Shown: positions 20,178-29,995, counted from the stretch's first letter. The stretch: DNA of 32,720 nt from Chromatiales bacterium (GCA_050050175.1 JASFUT010000001.1:1-32720), one strand, 5' to 3'. Notes: a model not told the origin generated them from the letters alone. Program-made: numbers and translations.

Positions 20178-20369
20178 ATGGCGCGTCCGCCCGCAACCGA
20201 CCGGCAGCTCGACGTGGTGCTCCTGCTGGGGCTGTTCGCGTTGCTGTTGTTCGCCTCCCCCATGACCGAGTGGTGGGCCGCTCCAGGCAAGCCCTGGTAT
20301 CTGCCCTACCTGTTCTGGGCCCTGATCATCGGCCTCGGCGGCTGGCTGCAGCGCCGACGCGGCGACTGA
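20178..20369 (+). CDS. Small 2-TM membrane protein, translationally coupled to the SSS-domain kinase (same position as cbrX in Pseudomonas)
   Basis: 63 aa from ATG 20178 (the ORF track starts at a TTG at 20142). Third-position GC is about 90 percent. Hydrophobic segments are VVLLLGLFALLLFASP and YLPYLFWALIIGLGGWL. The stop TGA (20367-20369) overlaps the kinase ATG (20369) as TGATG. No clear SD is visible. Confidence 0.55.
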   Translation: MARPPATDRQLDVVLLLGLFALLLFASPMTEWWAAPGKPWYLPYLFWALIIGLGGWLQRRRGD

Positions 20370-23309
20370 TGCCTCACGAGCTTCCGGTCCTGTTCGGGGC
20401 GGGCATCGCCTACCTGATGGTGCTGTTCCTCATCGCCTACGCCACGGACCGGTCGTGGATGCCGGAGCGCTGGGTACGCCACCCGGCGGTCTACGTCCTC
20501 TCCCTCGGGGTCTACGCCAGCTCCTGGAGCTACTACGGCAGCGTGGGATTCGCCCGGTCCGAGGGCTTCCAGTTCCTCACCATCTATCTCGGGGTGACCA
20601 TCGCCTTCCTGATGAGCCCCGTGCTGCTGCGCCCCCTGCTGCGGCTCACCCGCGAGTACCAGCTGACCTCGCTCGCGGACCTGTTCGCGTTCCGCTACCG
20701 CAGCCAGACCGCCGGGGTCCTTGTGACCCTGTTCATGCTGGTGGGCTCGCTGCCGTACATCGCGCTGCAGATCCGGGCGGTGACCGAGTCCCTGCGCGTG
20801 CTCACCCAGGAGGCGACGCCGCAGGCCCTGGCCCTGGGCTTCTGCGCGATCCTGATCCTGTTCGCCATCCTGTTCGGGGCCCGGCACATCTCCCCCCGCG
20901 AGAAGCATCGGGGGCTGGTGGTGGCCATCGCCTTCGAGTCGCTGGTGAAGCTGGTGGCCCTGCTGAGCGTCGGGCTGCTCGCGGTGTTCGGCGTGTTCGA
21001 CGGGCCGGTCGACCTGGGCCGATGGCTGTCGGAGAACCCGGAGGCGGTGGATGCGCTCTACCGACCGGTCCAGGAGGGGCCCTGGGGCACACTGCTGTTT
21101 CTCGCCTTCGCCGCCGCCTTCCTGCTGCCCCGGCAGTTCCACATGACCTTCACCGAGAACCCGGGGCCGGGCTCGCTCGGGGCGGCGAGCTGGGGCTTCC
21201 CCCTGTTCCTGCTGCTGCTCAACCTCGCCATCCCGCCGGTCCTCTGGGCGGGGACGCGGCTGGGTCTGGAGATGGACGCCGACTACTACGTGCTCGGCAT
21301 CACCCTGCACCAGGGTCCCGCCTGGCTGCCGGTGGTCGCCTTCCTGGGCGGGGTCTCGGCGGCCAGCGCGATGGTGATCGTCAGCACGCTGGCGCTCTCG
21401 GCCATGAGCCTCAACCACCTCCTGCTGCCCGCAAGCTATCCCGACCCGCGCGTGGATCTCTACCGCTGGCTGCTCTGGGGCCGAAGGCTGCTCATCACCA
21501 TGATCATCATGGCGGGCTACGGCTTCTACGAACTGCTCGAGCACAACGAGGGTCTGGTCCAGCTGGGCCTGATCTCCTTCGTGGCGGTGGCCCAATTCGT
21601 GCCCGGCGTGGTCGGCGTCCTGTACTGGCGGCGTGCCAACCGTGCCGGGTTCATCGCCGGCCTGCTGGCCGGCATCGGCTTGTGGACGCTGACCCTGCTG
21701 CTGCCGCTGCTGGAGGCCTCGGGGCTGGCCCACACTGAGCTGAACCTGTCCGCCCTTCGAAGCTCGACGGGTCTGGGCCATTGGCAGTTCGCCACCTTTC
21801 TGTCGCTGGCGTTCAACACCGCCCTGTTCGTCCTGGTATCGCTGATCTCCCGCCAGTCGGCCATGGAGGAAGACGCGGCGCGGGCCTGTTGCACGGAGGC
21901 CTTCACGCCGCTCAAGGGTGTGGTGGCGGCGGGATCCACGCCCGAGTTCACCGCTGCGCTCGCGGACATCGTGGGCGCGGAGACGGCGGAGAAGGAGGTG
22001 CGCCAGGCACTGGAGGACCTGGGCATGTCCGCCGGGGAGACCCGACCCTCGGAGCTGCGCCGGCTGCGCGAGCGCATCGAGCGCAACCTCTCGGGTCTGA
22101 TCGGTCCGCAGATGGCCCATATGATCATCAACCGCCGCCTGGTTCTGGACGAGCGCTCCAGGACCGCACTGGCCGACTCCATGCGCTACGTCGAGGAGCG
22201 CCTGCAGGACTCACGCTCCCGCCTGCAGGGCCTGAGCGCGGCACTGGACAGCCTGCGGCGCTATCATCGGCAGATCCTGATCGACCTGCCGCTCGGGGTG
22301 TGCGCGACAGGTCCCGATGACACCGTGCTGATCTGGAACCTGGCGATGGAGAGGATGACGGGCCTGAGGGGATCGGAGGCGACTGCACGGCCGCTGCAGA
22401 ACCTGCGCGCGCCCTGGGGCCAGACCCTGGCCGGTTTCGCGCGCGTCGAGGACCGCTACATCCACCATCTCGAGGTCAGGCTCGGCGGCCGCGCCCATTG
22501 GTTCAACCTGCACAAGGCCACCACCCTGGACCCGGACCTGAGCCCCGAAGAGCCCGCATCGCGCGCGGGCCTGGTCATCCTGCTGGAGGACCTTACCAGC
22601 CTTGAGAACCTCGAGGCGGAGCTGGCGCACAGCGACCGCCTGGCCTCCATCGGTCGTCTCGCCGCCGGGGTGGCCCACGAGATCGGCAATCCGGTGACCG
22701 GAATCGCCTCGCTCACCCAGAACCTGCGGGAGGAGTCCGCCGATCCCGGAGTGCGCGAGGCCTGCGACCAGATCCTGACACAGACGCGGCGGATCTCGGG
22801 CATCCTGCAGTCGCTCATGGGCTTCAGCCACAGCGGTGCGGTGAGCCGCGCCCCCGAGGAGCTGGCACTGAGGGCGGTGATCGAGGAGGCCGTCGGACTG
22901 GTGCGCCTGACCCATGCGGGCAAGCAGGTGAGCTGCGAGCTGAGCTGCCCGGAGGGGATCAGGGTCGCGGGCGACCGCCAGCGCCTCTCCCAGGTCCTTG
23001 TCAACCTGTTCACCAACGCCTGCGACGCCTCCGGGCCCGGCGACCGGGTGGACGTATACGCCTGGGAGGACGGAGACCGGGTCCGGATCGAGGTCCTCGA
23101 CCAGGGCGAAGGCATTCCGGACAACATTCGCGACGCCGTCTTCGACCCCTTCTTCACCACCAAGGCGCCCGGGGAGGGCACGGGCCTGGGACTGCCCATG
23201 GCCCATCGGATCATCCAGGAGCACCACGGCAGCATCGAGATCGCGGCCCGCCCGGGCGGCGGAACCCGCGTCGTGGTCTCACTGCCCAGGCCGCCCGAGC
23301 GACCCGTCC

Positions 23310-23332
<23 letters not shown>
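20369..23332 (+). CDS. CbrA-like sensor histidine kinase: N-terminal sodium:solute-symporter (SLC5) domain, linker, PAS, HisKA, HATPase_c
   Basis: 987 aa from ATG 20369 (the ORF track starts upstream, inside the mini-ORF). About 490 aa form a multi-TM SSS-like sequence, followed by a soluble helical linker where CbrA carries its STAC domain. Then come PAS ([26 protein letters not shown]), an H-box ([12 protein letters not shown]), an N-box ([11 protein letters not shown]), and G-boxes ([15 protein letters not shown]). Confidence 0.86.
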
Positions 23333-24653
<1,321 letters not shown>

Positions 24654-24795
24654 GAAAGCCCCCGCCCGCGACCCGGGATCGACCGGGGCGAGCCCTTGCG
24701 GCGCCAACCATGCCACCGCCGGTCTCGTCCCCGTCTTGCGCCCGCTGCCTCGTGTCTGCCGGAAGACCCTCAACGCAATGCAGCGGGCAGGCCGC

Positions 24796-25518
24796 TCAGC
24801 CCGTCAGCCAGCCCCAGATCACCGGCAGCAGAACGGTGGTGGCCAGACCGTTGAGACCCATGGCCAGACCGGAGAAGGCCGCCGCCACCTCACCCATGTG
24901 CACCGCACGGCCGGTCCCGATGCCGTGGGCGGCCACACCCATCGCCAGCCCCTGCGCCATGGGGCTGCGTACCCGCAGCCGCTCCAGCAGCCAGGGTCCC
25001 AGGGCTGCGCCGAGGATGCCGGTCAGGATCACCAGCACGGCGGTCAGGGAGGGCAGGCCGCCGAGGCGCTCGGAGATGCCCATGGCCACCGGGGTGGTCA
25101 CCGACTTGGGCGCGATCGAGACGAGCGCCTGTGTACTGGCACCGGCCAGCTTCGCGATGGCCAGCGCCGACAGCACCGCGGTAAGCGAGCCGCTGACCAA
25201 CGACACGAGCAACGCCAACGGGTGGCGCCTGAGCAGCGCCAGCTGACGGTACAAGGGCACCGCCAGCGCCACCGTCGCCGGACCGAGGAGAAAGTGCACG
25301 AACTGCGCGCCCTGGAAGTAGTGCTCGTAGGGGACATCGGTCAGTGTCAGCACGGCCACCAGCACCAGCACGGTGAGCAGCACCGGGTTGAGCCAGGCCC
25401 TGCGCCCCAGCCTCCGGTACAGCCAGCGGGCCAGCACGAACACCGACACCGTCAGCGTCAGGTGCAGCAGCGGGCTGGCGCTGAGATAGACCCAGAGCGC
25501 GGCGACCCCGTCGGTCAT
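24796..25518 (-). CDS. lrgB: LrgB/CidB-family membrane protein
   Basis: 240 aa from ATG 25518 (the ORF is open to 25617). Typical LrgB sequence: LNPVLL ... LLGPATVALAVPLY ... APKSVTTPVAMGISE ... GVAAHGIGT. Confidence 0.85.
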   Translation of the reverse strand: MTDGVAALWVYLSASPLLHLTLTVSVFVLARWLYRRLGRRAWLNPVLLTVLVLVAVLTLTDVPYEHYFQGAQFVHFLLGPATVALAVPLYRQLALLRRHPLALLVSLVSGSLTAVLSALAIAKLAGASTQALVSIAPKSVTTPVAMGISERLGGLPSLTAVLVILTGILGAALGPWLLERLRVRSPMAQGLAMGVAAHGIGTGRAVHMGEVAAAFSGLAMGLNGLATTVLLPVIWGWLTG

Positions 25519-25862
25519 CACTCGTCCCCGACCCCGCTGAGGCGCTGCATGAGCCAGCCCGTGACCGCGATGGTGAGCAGCGTGCTGACCAGCAGCGACG
25601 CGGTCAGCGGCAGCCACTGGTCGCCGAGCAGCCTCAGGTGGGTCATCACTCCGACACCGGCCGGAACGAACAGCAGCGACAGCTGCGCCAGAAGGCCGTT
25701 GGCGGTATCCGCCAACGGCTGCGGGACGCCTCCCCGGATCACCAGTCCCAGGAACAACAGTGCCATGCCGACCACCGGCCCGGGGACCGGCCAGCCCAGC
25801 ACGACCACCATCAGCTCACCTGCCAGCTGGCAGAGCAGCAGTACCGCAAGAGACTCGAGCAC
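25518..25862 (-). CDS. lrgA: LrgA/CidA-family (holin-like) small membrane protein
   Basis: 114 aa from GTG 25862, with GAGGAA 6 nt upstream. Upstream of that, the long ORF loses coding character. It has four hydrophobic segments (LLLCQLAGELMV, VVGMALLFLGLV, LSLLFVPAGVGVM, LVSTLLTIAVTGWL). The stop overlaps the lrgB ATG (TGATG). Confidence 0.7.
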   Translation of the reverse strand: MLESLAVLLLCQLAGELMVVVLGWPVPGPVVGMALLFLGLVIRGGVPQPLADTANGLLAQLSLLFVPAGVGVMTHLRLLGDQWLPLTASLLVSTLLTIAVTGWLMQRLSGVGDE

Positions 25863-25988
25863 GCCGTATTCCTCGGGTCTTCCAATCTCGATCGCCCGGC
25901 GCCCCGGGTCCGGCACCGCCGGAAAGGCCTGCGGGGTGAGGAGCGGCGATCCGTCGGCGTCCCGGCGGGGTCCGGCGCACGACCGGCC

Positions 25989-26035
25989 GTTACCTCCCGT
26001 AACACCAGACGTTACTTTGGGTAACAAGAGTAACA
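25989..26035. promoter_or_regulatory. Cluster of five GTTAC/GTAACA half-sites (putative enhancer/UAS for the adjacent sigma-54 activator)
   Basis: GTTAC(25989)-ctccc-GTAACA(25999)-ccagac-GTTAC(26011)-tttgg-GTAACA(26021)-aga-GTAACA(26030). The two N5 palindromes have centres 22 bp apart. GTTAC(26011)-N14-GTAACA(26030) fits the TGTTAC-N14-GTAACA arrangement I recall for Pseudomonas CbrB. Confidence 0.55.
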
Positions 26036-26089
26036 CCCCACTCGCGCCCAAGCCCGGACAAGTCACTGACAACAAAGGACTATACCATC

Positions 26090-26105
26090 CGGCATGCTTT
26101 TCGCT
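26090..26105 (+). promoter_or_regulatory. Candidate sigma-54 (-24/-12) promoter for the SSS transporter gene
   Basis: cGGCATG-cttt-TCGCT compared with the consensus TGGCACG-N4-TTGCW. The GG and GC dinucleotides are at the exact canonical spacing. It lies 56 bp downstream of the half-site array and about 112 bp upstream of the ATG at 26218. Confidence 0.5.
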
Positions 26106-26217
26106 TGCCGCTGTTGGGTGACCCGACAGGCGGGTACGGCAGCGGCCGGAGCAGGCGGCTCGCACGGATAAGAAAGCAGTATCGAAATCACGAGCTCACC
26201 AAAGGGGGTCCGAACCC

Positions 26218-28188
26218 ATGGACGCGAAAGTAGTCTGGCTCTTCGTGTTCGTTGCGTTGTACTGGTCCTACTGCATCTTCTGGGGCATCAAAGGCGCACT
26301 GTCGTCCAGGACGGCCAGCGATTACTTCGTCGCAGGGCGGAAGATATCGCTCTGGGTGTTCATCCTGGCGGCAACCGCGACCTCGTTCTCCGGCTGGACC
26401 TTCATGGGCCACCCCGGCCTGCTCTACCGGGACGGTTTCCAGTACGCCTACGCCTCTTTCTATGCGATCACCATACCCTTCACGGGCGTGATCTTTCTCA
26501 AGCGCCAGTGGATGCTGGGCAAGCGCTTCGGGTTCATCACCCCCGGCGAGATGTTGTCCTACTACTTCAAGTCGGACACCGTGAGAATGCTCGTGGTGCT
26601 GGTCGCCCTGATCTTCTCGGTCCCCTACCTGGGCATACAGCTGCGGGCCTCCGGCTTTCTCTTCAACGTCCTCACCGACGGGCTGCTTAATGTCGACGTC
26701 GGCATGTGGCTCCTCTCGGCCGTGGTCATCATCTACGTCGCATCGGGCGGCCTCAGAGCCGTGGCCTATGTGGACACGGCCCAGGCGGTGCTGCTCGCGC
26801 TGGGGATAATCGCAATCGGCATCATCGCTTACGCCAATCTCCCGGAGGGTAGAACCTGGGCCGAGCTGCTGGGCGGGCTCGCGGCGTTCGATCAGGTGCG
26901 CACTCCCGACGGCTACAGCCACTACATCGCCATTCCCGGCGTCATCCAGTTCGGCGCGGGCCTGGGCACCGACTCAGCGCCGGTCGGCGGCGCCTGGACC
27001 GGGATCATGGTGCTGACCTACATGTTCGCGCTGATGGGCATACAGTCGGCGCCTGCCTTCTCCATGTGGGCCTTCGGGAACAAGAGCCCGCAGCCGTTCG
27101 CCCCCCAGCAGGTATGGGCCTCGTCGTTCGGCATCGGGCTGATCCTCATGGTGTTCACGGCCATGCAGGGTCTCGGTGCGCACTTCCTCGGGGCCAACGC
27201 GGCGTTCATGGCAGCCAACCCGGACCTGGTCAATCCGGTCATGCAGGAGGGGCTGCAGAAGATCGGTGTCAACGACCTGATGGCGGCCGAGGGCAAGCAG
27301 GGCATGCTGGTACCCCAGCTCATCTACCTGCTCTCCGACGCGGCCCCCTGGCTGGTGGGCCTGCTCTCGGTGTGTGCCCTGGCCGCCATGCAGTCCACGG
27401 GAGCGGCCTACATGTCCACCGCCGGCGGCATGCTGACCCGCGACATCATCAAGCGCTACATCCTGCCCCAGGCCTCGCACGTGCAGCAGAAGCTCTGGGG
27501 GCGGATCGGGGTGCTGGTGATCGTGCTGGCGGCCCTGCTGGTGGCGACCCACGCAACCGACGCGCTGGTGCTCCTCGGTGGCCTGGCCGTGGCCTACGGG
27601 TTCCAGATGTGGCCCGCGCTGATCGCCGTGTGCTGGTGGCCCTTCCTCACCCGGCAGGGGATCATCATCGGTCTGATCGCGGGGCTGATCGCCGTGACCC
27701 TGACCGAGAAGATCGGGGCCCAATTCATGCCCTGGGGCCGCTGGCCCATGACCATCCACTCCGCGGGCTGGGGCATCCTGTTCAACCTGGGGCTGGCGGT
27801 AATCGTCTCCGCCGTCACCCAGAACCGGCAGGACATGGAGCACCGAATGACCTTCCACAACTTCCTGCGCGAGCACGCCACGCTCACGGCCGGCAAGCGC
27901 AAGCTGATCCCGGTCGCATGGATCATCACCCTGGCGTGGTTCTTCTTCGGCATCGGCCCCGGCGCGGTCATCGGCAACACCATCTTCGGCAACCCGAACG
28001 ACGCCGCCACCTGGATCTTCGGCATCCCGTCCATCTGGGCCTGGCAGCTGCTCTGGTGGGCCCTGGGCGTCTTCATGATGTGGTTCCTGGCCTACAAGAT
28101 GGAGATGTCCCGGGTGCCTACGAAGGAGGTCGAGGCCCTGCAGGAGGACATCGGCGACATCCAGCTCGACGTGGAACGCCCGGGGTGA
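26218..28188 (+). CDS. Sodium:solute symporter (SSS/SLC5) family transporter, substrate unknown
   Basis: 656 aa with about 14 hydrophobic segments. The SSS signature region near the N-terminus is SDYFVAGRKISLWVFILAATATSFSGWTFMGHPG. AAGGGGG lies 10 nt upstream of the ATG. No DUF485/yjcH-like partner gene lies upstream. Confidence 0.9.
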   Translation: MDAKVVWLFVFVALYWSYCIFWGIKGALSSRTASDYFVAGRKISLWVFILAATATSFSGWTFMGHPGLLYRDGFQYAYASFYAITIPFTGVIFLKRQWMLGKRFGFITPGEMLSYYFKSDTVRMLVVLVALIFSVPYLGIQLRASGFLFNVLTDGLLNVDVGMWLLSAVVIIYVASGGLRAVAYVDTAQAVLLALGIIAIGIIAYANLPEGRTWAELLGGLAAFDQVRTPDGYSHYIAIPGVIQFGAGLGTDSAPVGGAWTGIMVLTYMFALMGIQSAPAFSMWAFGNKSPQPFAPQQVWASSFGIGLILMVFTAMQGLGAHFLGANAAFMAANPDLVNPVMQEGLQKIGVNDLMAAEGKQGMLVPQLIYLLSDAAPWLVGLLSVCALAAMQSTGAAYMSTAGGMLTRDIIKRYILPQASHVQQKLWGRIGVLVIVLAALLVATHATDALVLLGGLAVAYGFQMWPALIAVCWWPFLTRQGIIIGLIAGLIAVTLTEKIGAQFMPWGRWPMTIHSAGWGILFNLGLAVIVSAVTQNRQDMEHRMTFHNFLREHATLTAGKRKLIPVAWIITLAWFFFGIGPGAVIGNTIFGNPNDAATWIFGIPSIWAWQLLWWALGVFMMWFLAYKMEMSRVPTKEVEALQEDIGDIQLDVERPG

Positions 28189-28193
28189 GCCGC

Positions 28194-28251
28194 GACCGTT
28201 GGTCCGGTGGACCAACGCAGCGCGGCGAACGACCCGCCATGGACGGCGGGG
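28194..28251 (+). repeat. 58-nt double-hairpin repeat, copy A
   Basis: GACCGTTGGTCCGGTGGACCAACGCAGCGCGGCGAACGACCCGCCATGGACGGCGGGG. Hairpin 1 is CGTTGGTCC-ggt-GGACCAACG and hairpin 2 is CCCGCC-atggac-GGCGGG. Copy A starts 6 nt after the SSS stop codon. Confidence 0.85.
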
Positions 28252-28322
28252 CCGGGGTCAGACGGAGGCGACGAGGCCGCGGCACGGACGCCTGCTGCAG
28301 CTTGCGAGAAGGCACCGGTCCG

Positions 28323-28380
28323 GACCGTTGGTCCGGTGGACCAACGCAGCGCGGCGAACGACCCGCCATGGATGGCGGGG
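28323..28380 (+). repeat. 58-nt double-hairpin repeat, copy B
   Basis: Identical to copy A except for one base in the loop of hairpin 2 (ATGGAT instead of ATGGAC). It lies 129 nt downstream of copy A in the same orientation. Confidence 0.85.
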
Positions 28381-28678
28381 GCGGAAACGCATAGCCGACA
28401 GGTCCGGGAGCTGGATTCGGCCGCCCCGGGAGGCCGGCCCCGGAAGGGATCGCGAGTGACGCCGAAAGAGGGGTTTTCGGACGCCGGGCGTCCGGTTGGC
28501 ACGGCGGGGCATGAGATCGCAGTTCTCTCTCCGCCACCTGGGCCGGCACCGAATGGAGGGGCGAGGGAATACGCCCTGTCCTGCCGGGGGATCCCAAGCC
28601 GGGATTCGAGCCGGTCCGCACGGGAATGCCGGACGGGGGCCTGGCCTCGTCCGGCCTTCCTTCCCTGAGTGAGCCTTA

Positions 28679-28708
28679 GGGGGAGGCAGACGGCCTCCCC
28701 CTTTTTCT
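28679..28708 (+). terminator. Rho-independent terminator (plus-strand orientation)
   Basis: GGGGGAGGC (28679-28687), loop AGACG, GCCTCCCCC (28693-28701), followed directly by TTTTTCT. This is the cleanest intrinsic terminator in the window. It lies about 490 nt after the SSS stop and 145 nt before the next start codon. Confidence 0.75.
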
Positions 28709-28852
28709 ATACTCAATGCCAGAACAGGTGGCCTGGGCCGGGCGCGAGCCCGTCTTTCACCCGTGCGCCGGCCCGCGTGCCGACGACGCGGATCACATCC
28801 GGACATCAGCCCAAGTGAGCTCCACAGTGCCGAGCCTCCGAGTCGAACCCCG

Positions 28853-29086
28853 GTGAGCGCCTATTTCTATTCCTCGGTTGCCGTGCTCGCCCTGATGCTC
28901 TTCTTCCCGGTGAGGCAGATGATCTGGGTACTGAGCGTGCGGCGGATCCAGCGCCGCCAGGGCCGCGAGCTCACGGACGCCGAGATCCAGGGCCAGCGCG
29001 GACGCGCCGCCTTCGTCGCAGTCCTGGTGGCGGTGGTATTCTCCTGGCTGTTCAACCTCCAGGTGCTCGGCATGCTCCATGGATGA
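28853..29086 (+). CDS. Hypothetical small membrane protein (77 aa, 2 TM)
   Basis: The GTG 28853 start is inferred because third-position GC rises sharply there; upstream of it the long ORF is rich in A/T-ending codons. Hydrophobic segments are YFYSSVAVLALMLFFPV and AAFVAVLVAVVFSWLF. The 3' end overlaps the next ATG by 8 nt (ATGGATGA). Confidence 0.5.
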   Translation: MSAYFYSSVAVLALMLFFPVRQMIWVLSVRRIQRRQGRELTDAEIQGQRGRAAFVAVLVAVVFSWLFNLQVLGMLHG

Positions 29087-29771
29087 CGGCGGCTACAGGC
29101 TCCTCGTGCGCGTCGCCGTGGTGCTGACCGCGGCCTGGGTGCTGTGGATGCTCTACGACAGCCTTCTCACCCCTCAACGTCTGGAGAGCATGCCCATGGA
29201 GGCCGCCTTCCGCTACCTCGAAGACGAGCAGTACGAGGCCGCCCTGCGCGAGTACGACGCCATGCTCGAGCGGGACCCCCGGCTGGTACCGGCCCTGCGT
29301 GGGCGCGCCCAGGCGCTCATGCAGCTGGGCGCCCGCAGCGCCGTCCGGGCCGACGCCCTGGACGATGAAGGCCGGACGGCGGATGCCTACGCGTCGCGGT
29401 ATGAGGCAGACCGCTACTACGAGGACGCGCTTGCGGCCTATGACGAGGCCATCCGTCTGGAGAAGGCCGGCGGCGTTGACGAATCGAGGCGGACTGCACT
29501 GGGCGTAAGCTACGCGAACCGCGGCATCCTGAAAGACCGCATGGGAGACTATCGTGGGGCCCTGGCGGACTACGAGCGCTCCATTGCGCTGGAGCCCGAA
29601 GTGGCCGAAGGACCGGGCTTCCTGACCCGCTTCCTTCGCAACCAGCCGGAGAAACCCCCGGCCGTCGACGACCGGGCCGCCTACCTGCGTGAGCAGCTGG
29701 CCAAGCCGGAGTCGGAGCGGGTCCTGCGGCGGTCCGAAGAGGATGCCCGCCAGAGGGCTTACAAGCTTTGA
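29079..29771 (+). CDS. Membrane-anchored TPR-repeat protein
   Basis: 230 aa with an N-terminal TM segment (LLVRVAVVLTAAWVLWMLY). TPR-like repeats follow (YEAALREYDAMLERDPRLVPAL; YEDALAAYDEAIRLE; YRGALADYERSIALEPE). Confidence 0.75.
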   Translation: MDDGGYRLLVRVAVVLTAAWVLWMLYDSLLTPQRLESMPMEAAFRYLEDEQYEAALREYDAMLERDPRLVPALRGRAQALMQLGARSAVRADALDDEGRTADAYASRYEADRYYEDALAAYDEAIRLEKAGGVDESRRTALGVSYANRGILKDRMGDYRGALADYERSIALEPEVAEGPGFLTRFLRNQPEKPPAVDDRAAYLREQLAKPESERVLRRSEEDARQRAYKL

Positions 29772-29775
29772 GCCA

Positions 29776-29940
29776 TCACCAGACCCGCAGGATGTCGACG
29801 AAGAGCACGCGCAGGAAGAACAACAGGGCGATCGACCCGAACAGGAGGTGTCCGATGTCATTCTCGCCGTCGGGGTTTCGGAAGGTCAGCCCGTGGTAGG
29901 CGATGAAACCGGTGACCAGTAGAAATATCCAGTCGATCAC
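29776..29940 (-). CDS. Hypothetical very small membrane protein (about 54 aa)
   Basis: Two hydrophobic segments (IDWIFLLVTGFIAY and LLFGSIALLFFLRVLFV). Codon bias looks coding only from about GTG 29940 onward; the ORF track start at 30048 would overlap the upstream gene. The start is uncertain. Confidence 0.4.
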   Translation of the reverse strand: MIDWIFLLVTGFIAYHGLTFRNPDGENDIGHLLFGSIALLFFLRVLFVDILRVW

Positions 29941-29995
29941 TGCGATCCCCGGCGCGGGCCGGCACGGCCCCTCCCGGCCCGCCCGGGAGGCGGGC

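Noticed and set aside
24654-24795. CrcZ-like sRNA expected downstream of a cbrB-like gene
   Set aside because: The 142-nt convergent spacer is GC-rich and has no A-rich AANAANAA motifs, no -24/-12 element and no terminator with a U-tract. It has only a 9-bp inverted repeat (24740-24748 / 24780-24788) with a 31-nt loop.
28194-28380. CRISPR or attachment-site reading of the two 58-nt repeats
   Set aside because: There are only two copies and the unit is too long and too structured for a CRISPR repeat. No cas, integrase or transposase genes are nearby, and nothing resembling a mobile element is enclosed between the copies.
26974-28394. ORFs 26974-28215 (minus) and 27066-28394 (plus, out of frame) over the SSS transporter gene
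   Set aside because: These are antisense or out-of-frame to a 656-aa ORF with a clear SSS signature and 14 hydrophobic segments.
28497-28512. Calling TGGCACG-gcg-GGGCAT a firm sigma-54 promoter feature
   Set aside because: The -24 element is perfect but the GC of the -12 element is one nucleotide too close, and sigma-54 promoters tolerate spacing changes poorly. It is kept only as a caveat inside the sRNA-candidate finding.
28591-28604. tRNA/tmRNA-like T-arm (GGGATTCGAGCC)
   Set aside because: There is no proper 5-bp T-stem around a 7-nt loop, no acceptor stem, no CCA-proximal sequence and no anticodon arm context.
28207-28806. ORFs 28207-28668 (plus, 153 aa) and 28258-28806 (minus, 182 aa) in the region after the SSS gene
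   Set aside because: The plus-strand ORF owes its internal repeat (DQRSAANDPPW) to the 58-nt DNA repeat. Both are Arg/Pro/Gly-rich, lack SD sequences and run through obvious hairpins and the terminator.
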